Positions 19,580-29,885 of a stretch of 64,000 nucleotides of DNA are shown piece after piece. The notes under the pieces were generated by a model that was given only the letters and a program-made list of their open reading frames with translations, was not told where the DNA came from and made no database searches. A program made the position numbers and the translations under genes. Every line of letters starts with the position of its first letter. The stretch's first letter is position 1. Origin of the DNA: Limisphaerales bacterium (GTDB taxonomy: Bacteria > Verrucomicrobiota > Verrucomicrobiia > Limisphaerales > UBA1096); NCBI GenBank assembly GCA_004213515.1, contig SHAK01000001.1, forward strand, positions 2,972-66,971. Reading direction: 5' to 3'.

Positions 19580-19996
19580 TTAAGACATTTTTTCTTTTGA
19601 TCCTTTAATAAATTTTCCTTTAAAAAACTCAGCAAGCCAAAGAGTAATCAGAATAAGCACACACTGAACAAGAAATCTGATAAGATGACCATTTTGACTT
19701 AGCAATGTGCCATTAAATGGCACATCATTTAACCACATGTTTAAATTAGCCAAATAAACAAACAACAAAAATAAAGTTAATATCCTCGCTGCCATTCGGC
19801 GACTAAATGGAATCATAATCCCAATTCCCAAAAGTATTTCTAACAACCCACTAAAAAGTGTCCAAAAACGGGGAAAGCCTAAATAGCTTGGAACTATTGG
19901 ATCAAATATTTCTGGCCGCAAAAAATGATCATAACCTATCCATACAAAAGGAATTCCTAATAAGAACCCCATGATATTTTTTAGCAGCATGCACAT
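19580..19996 (-). CDS. DoxX-family small membrane protein
   Basis: 138 aa with four predicted TM helices. GYDHFLRPEIF...FSGLLEILLGIGIMIP resembles DoxX-like proteins. Confidence 0.55.
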   Translation of the reverse strand: MCMLLKNIMGFLLGIPFVWIGYDHFLRPEIFDPIVPSYLGFPRFWTLFSGLLEILLGIGIMIPFSRRMAARILTLFLLFVYLANLNMWLNDVPFNGTLLSQNGHLIRFLVQCVLILITLWLAEFFKGKFIKGSKEKMS

Positions 19997-20152
19997 AATA
20001 ATTCTTAATCATTAAAACATTTTAACATAAAGGCTAATTAAGAGAAAAAGAGGATGCTTAAAAGAAAATTCAGCATTGATATGTAGAATCAAATAAATCA
20101 ACGTCACTTGCACAATTCAAATCGTTCTTCTCATCTAAATAGTTAATTCATT

Positions 20153-21571
20153 ATGCACCGGCTACTAATATTCTGTTTGTTATCCTTTTCTATTTGTTAT
20201 TCTAAATCATCAGAGCTTATTAAGGGCACCTTTATTGAAGTCAAAAGTAATTTTATATATTCATTCAAATCACCTCAATTAGACTCGAATAAAGTTTGGT
20301 TAAACCGAGTCCAATCGATCTCTCCTAAAATGCCTGTATGGATTTCTGATGATGGAAGAAAAATCGTAATTAACAAAGTGTCTAATTCACCAAATAAAAG
20401 CATACAATTAACTCTACAGTCTTACAAAACAGATAAAACAGATAAGTTTTTAGCTTTAAATGAAATACAGTTGATTGGAACTCATAACAGCTACCACATC
20501 GCACCTCACTCAAGCGTCATGCAACTGATACGTAAAGTTATGCCATCACAGGCTGATGCAATAAAATATTCCCACCGACCTCTAACTGAACAATTAGAAT
20601 TAATCGGAATGCGCAAATTTGAGTTAGATATATTTCACGACAACAAAGGAGGAGTATACTCTCAACCGCTAGGAGCAATTATGGCACATGGCATTCAATG
20701 GAAGGGAAATTATCCTGAACTTGATGAAAGCGCATTGAATAAACCTGGCATGAAAGTTTTACACTTTCCTAATTTTGACTTCAGATCAAATACCCCAAAT
20801 CTCATGAAAGCACTCAAAGAGATTGATACATGGTCTAGAAAAAACTTATATCACCTTCCAATTATGATCCTCATTGAAACAAAAAAAACAAATGATGGAT
20901 CACCAACTGCCTCAGGCATTTTCGGAATTAAGGATTTTGTTGAATTAGAAAATGAAATTAAATCGATTTTAAGTCTTTCAAGAATTATCACACCTGACGA
21001 AGTCCGCGGTAAATTTAAAACTTTAAATAAAGCAATAAGAACAAAAGGCTGGCCTTCTTTATATAAGTCGAGAGGTCGATTTATTTTTGCTCTCGATAAT
21101 CAGGGAAAAGAATTAGACAGCTATTTAAAATTACATCCACAACTAAAGGGAGCAATCTTGTTTGCCAGTTCTCCACCTGGAAGGCCTGAATCAGCATTCT
21201 TAAAAATTAACGATCCGATAAAGAACCATTCTATGATTAAAGAAAAAATTTCCCAAGGTTATCTTATCAGAACTCGTGCTGACTCAGATTTAGCGCAAGC
21301 CAAAAATATGGATTATAAACAAATGAAAAAAGCTTTCTCTAGTGGAGCTCAATACATAAGTACAGATTTCCCAGCAGACGTAACAAATAAGGAAACATAT
21401 AACGTTAGCTGGCCAGAAGGCAAAATCGGAAGATTAAATCCAATATTTAAGCATTCAAAAAAAATGAGTGAAATAAGTTTAGAATATAAAAGATCACCTA
21501 AATTGATAAGAGTTTTCGAATTGAAAATTCCTAATAAACAATCAAAATCAAATAATGTCTCACAGCAATAA
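20153..21571 (+). CDS. Secreted Ca2+-dependent phosphoinositide-specific phospholipase C-like protein (PI-PLC X-domain fold)
   Basis: 472 aa with a signal peptide. LNEIQLIGTHNSYHIAPH is the PLC-like phosphodiesterase catalytic motif. The gene is AT-rich. Confidence 0.6.
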   Translation: MHRLLIFCLLSFSICYSKSSELIKGTFIEVKSNFIYSFKSPQLDSNKVWLNRVQSISPKMPVWISDDGRKIVINKVSNSPNKSIQLTLQSYKTDKTDKFLALNEIQLIGTHNSYHIAPHSSVMQLIRKVMPSQADAIKYSHRPLTEQLELIGMRKFELDIFHDNKGGVYSQPLGAIMAHGIQWKGNYPELDESALNKPGMKVLHFPNFDFRSNTPNLMKALKEIDTWSRKNLYHLPIMILIETKKTNDGSPTASGIFGIKDFVELENEIKSILSLSRIITPDEVRGKFKTLNKAIRTKGWPSLYKSRGRFIFALDNQGKELDSYLKLHPQLKGAILFASSPPGRPESAFLKINDPIKNHSMIKEKISQGYLIRTRADSDLAQAKNMDYKQMKKAFSSGAQYISTDFPADVTNKETYNVSWPEGKIGRLNPIFKHSKKMSEISLEYKRSPKLIRVFELKIPNKQSKSNNVSQQ

Positions 21572-22553
21572 AGAAATAAAAAATATTAATCGACGAAAGT
21601 TCTCATCCAAAATTATGACTGGATTTGGATTAATAACGCTTCCAAATCTTGCACTTTCAGCTGTTAAGAAATTACACAAACCTGTCAAGTTAGGACTAAT
21701 TGCAGACCTTCATCATGACGTAATGCATGATGGAGCAAAACGATTGGGCTCTTTTATTTCATCAATGAAAAAGGAAAGCCCTGACGCTCTAATCCAAATG
21801 GGCGACTTTGCATATCCAAATGAAAAAAATAAGAAAATAACGGAAGCATTTCAGTCTGCACATCCAACAACACTTCATGTTCTTGGAAATCATGAAATTG
21901 ATGACGGCCATAGTTTTGAACAAGTCGTTAAGCTGTGGGGAATGAAAGGAAGATATTACACTCATAACATCAATGGCTTGAATATTATCGTTCTTGATGG
22001 AAACGAAAAAAAGGCTAATCACAAAGGAGGATATCCCTCTTATATAGGTAATGAGCAAGCTGAATGGCTTCGCGAACAATTAAAAAAATTAGACGGTCCA
22101 ATTATTATTCTTTCTCATCAAGGATTAGCGGGGCCGTGGAGTATAGATAATGCAAAAGAGATTCAGGAAATACTTAAATCTCACCAAGATAAGATTATAA
22201 TGACTCTAAATGGGCATAATCATATTGATCATATCATAAAGATTGGTTCGATTATTAATTTTCATATTAATTCCGCCTCATATAAGTGGGTCGGTGGAGA
22301 TCATAGGCATAAAAGCTATTCAGACACCATCCACTCAAAATTCCCCTATATAGAATATACATGCCCCTATAAAGATCCTTTATATACAACAGTAACTATA
22401 AATCCATCATCTAAAAATATTGAAATTAAAGGAATAATGAGCGAATGGGTTGGCAAATCTCCGGCTCAAATTGGACAAGAAATTCACCCTGGTCTAAGTG
22501 ATGGAAAAGAAATCTGCCCCCATATACGAACTAGGAGAGTAAAACGATCGTAA
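21555..22553 (+). CDS. Tat/Sec-exported calcineurin-like metallophosphoesterase
   Basis: Leader NRRKFSSKIMTGFGLITLPNLALSA. Metallophosphoesterase motifs are IADLHHD, MGDFAYPN, LGNHEID and NGHNHIDH. The ATG overlaps the PLC gene's 3' end by 17 nt. Confidence 0.75.
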   Translation: MSHSNKEIKNINRRKFSSKIMTGFGLITLPNLALSAVKKLHKPVKLGLIADLHHDVMHDGAKRLGSFISSMKKESPDALIQMGDFAYPNEKNKKITEAFQSAHPTTLHVLGNHEIDDGHSFEQVVKLWGMKGRYYTHNINGLNIIVLDGNEKKANHKGGYPSYIGNEQAEWLREQLKKLDGPIIILSHQGLAGPWSIDNAKEIQEILKSHQDKIIMTLNGHNHIDHIIKIGSIINFHINSASYKWVGGDHRHKSYSDTIHSKFPYIEYTCPYKDPLYTTVTINPSSKNIEIKGIMSEWVGKSPAQIGQEIHPGLSDGKEICPHIRTRRVKRS

Positions 22554-22576
22554 TTGTAATAATAAGGAAAAATTAT

Positions 22577-23383
22577 TTATCGAATTGGAATTACAGGTAT
22601 TGCATCATATATCCTGCTTAAATCACGATCTTTACCTGGCACACCAAGTTGGCCTTGAATCCATCCACTCATCTTAGATATTTGGATGGTTCTAGGCTCG
22701 ACCCATTTCCATAATTCCGAATGGCCATCAGCAAAACTTAGTACACATCCGTTATCATGACGGGTAGAGGGAAAATCGATCCATTGCCACTGATGCCTTT
22801 GCGTAACAGTAAACCTTGCATTGTCAATACTCCCCTCATGTTCATCAATAAAAACAAATGCATTAGAAGGAGCTGGATTAACAATATCTGTGTATTTATG
22901 CCAGCATGAGCGGTCCCTAGGATCGGGAATGTGATTCATATGCATATTCATTGCAACGCTTCTAAATCTTCGTATTTCTCCTTTATCTTGAACAGTTGAT
23001 TGATCTGAAGGGCAAAGATAAATATCCGTTGACTCATTATATTTAAAAAGCACTCCATTCCGGATGTATTGATCAGTTTCATCGGACCAAGCATTGCCCT
23101 GAATCCAACTCTGTTTTGTAGCTAACCACTTGCCCCTTGAGTTTCCACTGATTGATGCATTAGGAGGCAAATGACCATCGTTATCGTCTACATACATGTG
23201 CCAACAAAATTGAAGTTGACGATAATTGTTCATACAAGAAATTTGCTGTGCCTTTGACTTAGCTTTAGCTAAAGCAGGCAAAAGCATAGAAGCCAATATC
23301 GCAATGATTGCAATCACTACTAGTAATTCAATTAACGTAAAACCGTTGCGACGCAACGAAAGTTTTTGAGGATCAATTGACAT
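22577..23383 (-). CDS. Prepilin-type N-terminal methylation domain protein with H-X9-DG motif (second copy in the window)
   Basis: [29 protein letters not shown] at the N-terminus. [19 protein letters not shown] at the C-terminus. Confidence 0.85.
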   Translation of the reverse strand: MSIDPQKLSLRRNGFTLIELLVVIAIIAILASMLLPALAKAKSKAQQISCMNNYRQLQFCWHMYVDDNDGHLPPNASISGNSRGKWLATKQSWIQGNAWSDETDQYIRNGVLFKYNESTDIYLCPSDQSTVQDKGEIRRFRSVAMNMHMNHIPDPRDRSCWHKYTDIVNPAPSNAFVFIDEHEGSIDNARFTVTQRHQWQWIDFPSTRHDNGCVLSFADGHSELWKWVEPRTIQISKMSGWIQGQLGVPGKDRDLSRIYDAIPVIPIR

Positions 23384-23489
23384 GTAGTTCTAGTAAGTTA
23401 AGCATATTTCGTTGTCAAACATTATAAAAATGGAATTAATTAAAAATCTTGGATAAGGTTCTTTAACAGTCAAATTACTCTAATAAATA

Positions 23490-25037
23490 ATGATTAATAT
23501 AACAAATATCAGAGTTTATATTTTTGCTTTGTTATGCTTTTGGCAAAGTCATATCAATGGAGCTGAAAAAAAGACTGATGACACAAAATCAACTATTCTA
23601 ATGATTGACGATCATCACATTTTATACAGATCTGGTACAAAGCGAAATCTGAAACCCCTTGTTAGACATTCTAGTCGCCCCTTAATAGGCACAGACAAAC
23701 CTTGGGAGACTACGATTGCTTATTGCAGCGTATATAGAAATTCAATCACCGGGAAATATCAGCTTTGGTATCAAGCTTGGCCTGGAAAATCAGGCTGTTA
23801 CTTATGCTATGCTGAATCTAATGATGGAATTAAATGGACAAAACCGAGTCTTGGATTAGTCGATTATAAGGGATCTAAGGACAACAATATTCTTTTAATT
23901 AATGGCTATGGCGCATCGATTATTTATGACAAAACCGATCCTAATGCACAAAAAAGATACAAAGCTGCCTTTTGGGAACAAGACACTAAAAAAGGAATAG
24001 AATTCCCAGGGACTTGCATTGCCTTTTCCGCCGATGGAATTAATTGGAAAAAACATTCTAATAACCCAGTCATAAAAGGCTCATATGGTGATTATATTCA
24101 ACCCCCTGTTATTAGTGATTTAAAAAAAATAAATGCCCAAGGAAAACCACTATCGACAAGTGATGTTATTGACCTGATTTGGGATCCTAAAAAAGAAAGT
24201 TATGCTATTTATGCAAAAACTTGGCTAGATGGACCTAAAGGGAATATGCATTGGAAAAGAGCTGTTGTTCGTACAGAAAGCACCAATTTTATAAATTGGA
24301 CTAAACCTAAACTAGTTATGGTTCCTGATGAGTTCGATGGAAGCGGAGGTGAACAAGACCTCGCAAGAACGGCTGGAGGCGGAGGAAGTGATGGCGTTCA
24401 ACTTCATAGTGGGCCAGCATTTTTTTATAACGATCTTTATTTCTCAATGCTTCAAGTCATGGACTCAGGTAATACAGGTAACATGCCTATTGAGTTAGCG
24501 TTAAGTAGAGATGGCGATAACTGGAAACGTCCTTTTAGAAACAAATGGTTTATTCCACCTCTGGATAACAAAGAGATTTTTGATGCTAGTCTGATATGGA
24601 GTAATGCAACTCCAATTTTTTTAAAGGATGTTTTTAGATTTTATTATGGCGCATACGGAAAGCCTTGGAACTCATCAGATGGAGCTCAAATATCTGGAAT
24701 TGGGCTAGCCGAAATGCCTCGTAATAGATTTGGGGGAATAGAACCTATCGAAAGATTTGGTCAAATTACATTAAGATCAATTGAGTTAAATAAAGTAAAA
24801 GGTATAGAAATCAACGGAGATGCCACTAACGGATCAATTCGACCAGAAATACTTAGTGATGATGGATACAGAATACCTGGTTATACAAAAAATGATGTGA
24901 AACCTTTACAAACTGATTCTTTAAAACATCAAGTTAAATGGAATCAAAAAAAAATAAGAGACCTGCCTTCTGGACAATATAAATTAAGATTACATCTAGA
25001 AAACGCAGAAATATTTGCAATAACGATTCGCTATTGA
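23490..25037 (+). CDS. Secreted five-bladed beta-propeller glycoside-hydrolase-like protein (GH43/GH32/GH130-like; family unresolved)
   Basis: 515 aa with a signal peptide. Repeated SxDGxxW-type blade motifs are present (ESNDGIKWTKP, FSADGINWKKH, LSRDGDNWKRP), as is YQLWYQAW. Confidence 0.45.
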   Translation: MINITNIRVYIFALLCFWQSHINGAEKKTDDTKSTILMIDDHHILYRSGTKRNLKPLVRHSSRPLIGTDKPWETTIAYCSVYRNSITGKYQLWYQAWPGKSGCYLCYAESNDGIKWTKPSLGLVDYKGSKDNNILLINGYGASIIYDKTDPNAQKRYKAAFWEQDTKKGIEFPGTCIAFSADGINWKKHSNNPVIKGSYGDYIQPPVISDLKKINAQGKPLSTSDVIDLIWDPKKESYAIYAKTWLDGPKGNMHWKRAVVRTESTNFINWTKPKLVMVPDEFDGSGGEQDLARTAGGGGSDGVQLHSGPAFFYNDLYFSMLQVMDSGNTGNMPIELALSRDGDNWKRPFRNKWFIPPLDNKEIFDASLIWSNATPIFLKDVFRFYYGAYGKPWNSSDGAQISGIGLAEMPRNRFGGIEPIERFGQITLRSIELNKVKGIEINGDATNGSIRPEILSDDGYRIPGYTKNDVKPLQTDSLKHQVKWNQKKIRDLPSGQYKLRLHLENAEIFAITIRY

Positions 25038-25236
25038 TGACTATAATTCTGATCCAACTATTTCACTGAAGGTAAATTGGAATTAAACGCGGGATAACTT
25101 TTTTATCTGCTACTTCTAACATCTAACTAACCCGATCGACTAAGAGAAGCTCAACTCCTACATCAAACAAGCTTCCCACTTTTATAGAACATTTATACAC
25201 CAACGATTTTTAAATGCATATGAGGACAAGCCGACT

Positions 25237-26187
25237 CTATTTCAAACTCAAGTCGCTAAGACGTTTTCCATTTGTCGAAACAACGTGGATTCCATGAGCA
25301 TTCGAATCTTTATGAAATAATTCCCACACCACTTTCTTGTTCCTATCAACTTCAAACACACGAGGTTTTTTAGGATCTCGCTGAGCATAACTACTGATAA
25401 CGGTATTACCATTAGGCAGCCTCTGACCTCCACATGGATCGGCAAAGCGACCCTCAACATTAAAATTATCTACTCTCCATACCACTTTCCCATTTTTATC
25501 AAACTCAACTGTCTTATTTCCATGTGTAAGATTGGAAACTGTATTCCCGTTACTCAAACGTATCGCCGTAAAAGGCCAATTCTCTGCCTGACGACCTCCA
25601 AGTTCTTGCAGATCAGTTTTAAATTCATTTACCACCATTCCATCAGCTCGATATTCCTTAATTTTAAATGCTAGCAAATGTGGCACAATGTAGTTTCCAT
25701 TTGCTAGCTTTCTAGCCATACGGGTCTGCATATGCCCATTGGTCGTTTCCGGCTTAAGAGGAACCTCAATCATAACTTTTTTGTTTTTGGATAATTCTAA
25801 TAATCGGGGTTTAGGGCCACGCTCAACAACCATAGTGTTTCCATTGGGCAAACGAACAGCAGTTCCAAGTTCTTGGTTCGCCTTGGCAAGCTCATAGCTC
25901 CATACAATTTTATTATCTCTGGTAACCTCTTTAGCTACGTTATTTGAAGAATAGAGTATATTCCCATTTGATAACACGTAACCATCACGAGAACTTTCTT
26001 TAGCCTCCCAAACAACCTCACTATTCTCATTAATAAGCTGTGTGGTTTTACCACATATCAAAATACTATGCCGAATCCCCTTACTACTGACTTGTCTAAT
26101 TTGCGACTTATCTGCAGCTGTTCCATTAAAATCGAGGGCAACGAGCAGCATGAAAATAAGAGAAAAGAATTTCATAAAATGAATCAT
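25237..26187 (-). CDS. Secreted beta-propeller repeat protein of unknown function
   Basis: Six recurring (L/S)xNGN(T/I) blade motifs: LSNGNILYS, LPNGNTMVV, LANGNYIV, LSNGNTVSN, LPNGNTVIS, and one more. The track starts at TTG 26211. ATG 26187 or 26175 gives a cleaner signal peptide. Confidence 0.55.
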   Translation of the reverse strand: MIHFMKFFSLIFMLLVALDFNGTAADKSQIRQVSSKGIRHSILICGKTTQLINENSEVVWEAKESSRDGYVLSNGNILYSSNNVAKEVTRDNKIVWSYELAKANQELGTAVRLPNGNTMVVERGPKPRLLELSKNKKVMIEVPLKPETTNGHMQTRMARKLANGNYIVPHLLAFKIKEYRADGMVVNEFKTDLQELGGRQAENWPFTAIRLSNGNTVSNLTHGNKTVEFDKNGKVVWRVDNFNVEGRFADPCGGQRLPNGNTVISSYAQRDPKKPRVFEVDRNKKVVWELFHKDSNAHGIHVVSTNGKRLSDLSLK

Positions 26188-26312
26188 ATACTTTCGCAAA
26201 ATCTTAACCAAGCTACATGTTCTTTGAAATCGATATATAAAAAAATTAATAAGATAAGAAGATACTGTGAAACTACTAATTATAGTTAATAACTATATAT
26301 TAAATGTTATTA

Positions 26313-27404
26313 TTACTTATTTTTCCCAATTGAATTTGCAAAGCTACAAATTTCTTGAATCACGCTCATATATATATCTGGAATAAATTGTTTGAAAATA
26401 AGGTCTCCCGCATGACATGTCCCATTAATTGTTTTACAGGTCGACGATACACCTGCTTCAAGTAATTTTTGGTGAAAAATGGCTCCCTCGTCTCTAAGTG
26501 GATCTAATTCATTTAAAGAAATTACATAAGGAGGAAGACTAACAAGATCTTCTTTAGTTGCATGAAATGGCCAAGCCAATGGGTTTGTAGAATTTTTACC
26601 ACTTGGATCATAAAATTTTGCAAGCAGGGAGATCGCATTAAGATCAAACATGTATCCATTATTCTCAAATAATGAAACCAACTTTTCCGAAGGATTTGAG
26701 TATAAACCGTAAATATATGGACATTGCGCATAGACCCCGGATATACGATCGAGCCAACCCTCTTGCTTTGCTTTAAGTGTTGTCGATATTGCAAGGTTTG
26801 CTCCTCCAGATTCTCCTGACAAAATAATATTTGAAATATTTAGATTTTCTCGATTATTAAAAACCCAATTTAAGCCAGCAGCACAATCGTTAAGCCCAGC
26901 GGGAAAAGGATGATTACCAAGATCTCCAGCACCATTTCTAAACTCAACCCCCACAACAACCAATCCGCTAGCTGCAAGATCGCTTCTCCAGCGAACAAAA
27001 TTATCACCAGTAGCACTTAAAATAACCATGCCACCCCCATGAGTATGATAAATACATGGCAAAGGACCTTTCATCTCTTCAGGTTGATGGATAAATAGAG
27101 AAATTTCATTCCCATCTGTTCCATTAATTTTTTCAGTTCTAGAAATCACCCCATCTACTGCTGGCAGACCAGCAAAAAGGGTTCGATTAACATGCTGAAA
27201 GAAACTTTCAACTCCAGTTGCATATTCGTAGAGTTGTTCCATTGGGGTTTCTAAAGAAACTGGTGGCACATCACCTGGCACGTCCAACCTAACTTTAGCC
27301 AATCCTTCAAGCATTCTCGGGTCAGTTCGAGGATCAGTACTTAACGTCATAGAATCATCCCCAAGAAGCCCAGGTAATTTTTTTTTATTCATTAAAAAAG
27401 CCAT
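26313..27404 (-). CDS. Alpha/beta hydrolase fold-3 esterase/lipase (HSL family)
   Basis: HGGG oxyanion motif (YHTHGGGMV) and nucleophile elbow GESGGANLA. Confidence 0.75.
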   Translation of the reverse strand: MAFLMNKKKLPGLLGDDSMTLSTDPRTDPRMLEGLAKVRLDVPGDVPPVSLETPMEQLYEYATGVESFFQHVNRTLFAGLPAVDGVISRTEKINGTDGNEISLFIHQPEEMKGPLPCIYHTHGGGMVILSATGDNFVRWRSDLAASGLVVVGVEFRNGAGDLGNHPFPAGLNDCAAGLNWVFNNRENLNISNIILSGESGGANLAISTTLKAKQEGWLDRISGVYAQCPYIYGLYSNPSEKLVSLFENNGYMFDLNAISLLAKFYDPSGKNSTNPLAWPFHATKEDLVSLPPYVISLNELDPLRDEGAIFHQKLLEAGVSSTCKTINGTCHAGDLIFKQFIPDIYMSVIQEICSFANSIGKNK

Positions 27405-27541
27405 TTAGTATGGAGTCATTCTAACACAATAATTATAAAAGATAATATTTTTAATGCATTTTACTTAGCAAAAATTTTGTTTTTAGAGCATCATAAGTGC
27501 GTGTTAGAAATTAAATATCATATTTTTTCATTTTAAAATTT

Positions 27542-29785
27542 ATGAGTTATAACTTGATCCTTCATCTTTTTGTCTTCATGGGCTCTTTTCTATTATTTAC
27601 GATGGAACCTATGGTTGCCCGGATAATTCTTCCAAACTTCGGAGGAGCTTTTCACGTTTGGTCAATCACAATTACTTTTTTTCAGGGAGCTCTTTTTTTG
27701 GGTTATGCATATTGCCACTATATTGCAAAGAGCATAGGCAGATTACATTTCCTACTCGTACTATTAGCTCTAATTTGGATTCCAATTTCAATTACGTTCC
27801 CCACTCCAGATGAAATTTCTCCTACAGCATTGGTGCTTCATCTTATTTTAAATTTTTCAATTCCTTTCGGAGTATTAGCTACAACGAGCGTAATAGCTCA
27901 GTCTTGGTTTTCTTATTATAATAAAAATCGTGAATCACCATATCAACTCTACATCAGTTCTAATGCAGGCTCTTTAGTCGCACTAATTTCTTACATAGTA
28001 ATCTTTGAACCTATGCTTGGATTACAAGCACAGAAAATTATTTGGTTCATAGGATTCATAATCTACACGGGGTTAGCATGGAAATGTCAAAGTCAATTAG
28101 TTGTAGAAAAAAAACAAAACAAAGTTACTAATAAAAATCAAAAATCTATTTTAAAGAACATACCCTATTGGCTGTTATTAAGCGCACTACCATCTGGGTT
28201 CATGTTAGCAACAACTAATGCAATAACTTTAGAGTTAGGATCAATGCCTCTTGTATGGATTATACCTTTATCCATCTATCTGCTGTCATTCATGTTAACA
28301 TTTAGTAACAAATTATTTTTATCAAATCGATTAATCTATTGTATTTTACCACCTGCTTTAATGCTCGGCCTGTGCTCATTATATACAGTTTCTATTGGAG
28401 CCACTTGGCAAATAGTAGCACATATTATCTCATTATTCTTCTTGGCTTTAGTTGGCCACAGAGAACTTTACAATCGAAGACCTGAAAGAGAAAAACTAAC
28501 ACAATTTTATTTAACGATCTCTCTTGGCGGTTGGCTAGGAGGGGCATTTGTAAGCTTTATATCTCCTATCGTTTTTAATTCACTATTAGAGTACCCAATA
28601 ATTATTTCATTATTTTTAATAGTCATTTTAGCAAATAAAACGACCAATATTCTTAACACAATAAGATCTATCCCTTTATATTCAATCTGTAGTTTTATTT
28701 GTTTAGTTTCAATACCATGGCTAATTGGATTTGAAAAATTTCGAATTTCAAATGACGATGTTATATATCAAAAGCGTAATTTTTATGGCATCTACAGAAT
28801 AACCGACACCCCACTTTTACATTACGCTGCTAGTTTGGGATACAAGGATATTGTTGAGCAACTAATCAAGGACAAAGCTAATGTAAATTCAAAGTCAAAA
28901 GATGGATGGACACCTCTTGATTTAGCGATCAAAAATGGAAAATCTGAAATCGCTAATATTCTTTTTCAGAATGGCGCGAAGAAGAGAGATGAGTTATTAA
29001 AAGACAATCAAATAGATGAAATATCCATTCATAATTCAACAGATGTAGAATCCCCTATGTTAAGAAGGTTAATGCATGGCTCTACTAGTCATGGAGAACA
29101 GTTAATTCATCCACAGGCTCAAAGAATCGCAACTTCATACTACCATGCTAATGGGCCCTTAGGTAAAATTTTTAAACCAGATTCTAATAAGCAATCAAAT
29201 ACAGCTATTATTGGTTTGGGAATTGGAACATGTGCTACTTATTTTTCAAAAAATGATAAGTTAACTTTTTATGAACTTGATGATGAAATAGTTAAAATAG
29301 CAAAAGATAATTTTACTTTTCTTGATAACTGCAAAGCAGATTTAGAAATTATTACAGGTGACGCAAGAATCAAACTTAACGAAGCAAAAAATCATATTTA
29401 TGATGTCATTTTTGTTGATGCGTTTTCCAGTGACGCAATACCAACCCATCTTTTAACTAAAGAAGCTATGGATTTATATCAAAGTAAATTAGCGCCTGGT
29501 GGAACTTTGATATTCCATATCTCTAATAGGCATTATGAACTTCTCCCTGTTATTCATTCCACTGGTAAAAATAAATGGCAAATGTTTGGTTACCAAACAC
29601 TGACTATTCAACCTTTTCAAGATTTTGCAAAATTTTGTGCGCTACGTAATAAAGAAGACGATACTTCAGATTTAGTTAATGCCGGATGGCTATCAATGGC
29701 TAATTTTAGAAGTTCGGCTAAAGCATGGAGCGACGACTACATAAATACACTCGCCCCTTTATATGAAAGATTTAAAATCAAGTAA
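27542..29785 (+). CDS. Polytopic membrane protein fused to a spermidine-synthase-like methyltransferase fold, with inserted ankyrin repeats
   Basis: About 400 aa of TM helices come first, then RNFYGIYRI...LMHGSTSHGEQ...GLGIGTCATYF...ELDDEIV...GDARIKL...DVIFVDAFSSDAIPTHLLTKEA (spermidine-synthase family core). An ankyrin pair (TPLLHYAASLGYKDIVEQLIKDKANVNSKSKDGWTPLDLAIKNGKSEIANILFQNGA) sits between the first two motifs. Confidence 0.7.
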   Translation: MSYNLILHLFVFMGSFLLFTMEPMVARIILPNFGGAFHVWSITITFFQGALFLGYAYCHYIAKSIGRLHFLLVLLALIWIPISITFPTPDEISPTALVLHLILNFSIPFGVLATTSVIAQSWFSYYNKNRESPYQLYISSNAGSLVALISYIVIFEPMLGLQAQKIIWFIGFIIYTGLAWKCQSQLVVEKKQNKVTNKNQKSILKNIPYWLLLSALPSGFMLATTNAITLELGSMPLVWIIPLSIYLLSFMLTFSNKLFLSNRLIYCILPPALMLGLCSLYTVSIGATWQIVAHIISLFFLALVGHRELYNRRPEREKLTQFYLTISLGGWLGGAFVSFISPIVFNSLLEYPIIISLFLIVILANKTTNILNTIRSIPLYSICSFICLVSIPWLIGFEKFRISNDDVIYQKRNFYGIYRITDTPLLHYAASLGYKDIVEQLIKDKANVNSKSKDGWTPLDLAIKNGKSEIANILFQNGAKKRDELLKDNQIDEISIHNSTDVESPMLRRLMHGSTSHGEQLIHPQAQRIATSYYHANGPLGKIFKPDSNKQSNTAIIGLGIGTCATYFSKNDKLTFYELDDEIVKIAKDNFTFLDNCKADLEIITGDARIKLNEAKNHIYDVIFVDAFSSDAIPTHLLTKEAMDLYQSKLAPGGTLIFHISNRHYELLPVIHSTGKNKWQMFGYQTLTIQPFQDFAKFCALRNKEDDTSDLVNAGWLSMANFRSSAKAWSDDYINTLAPLYERFKIK

Positions 29786-29885
29786 TTAAAAAATCAGAAA
29801 TGATTAGTTTTTAACCAATGTATCAATTCACCTTTTAAATTTAAGTTGGAGTTTTTTAAAAAATCACAAAAGAGATTATATCTTT

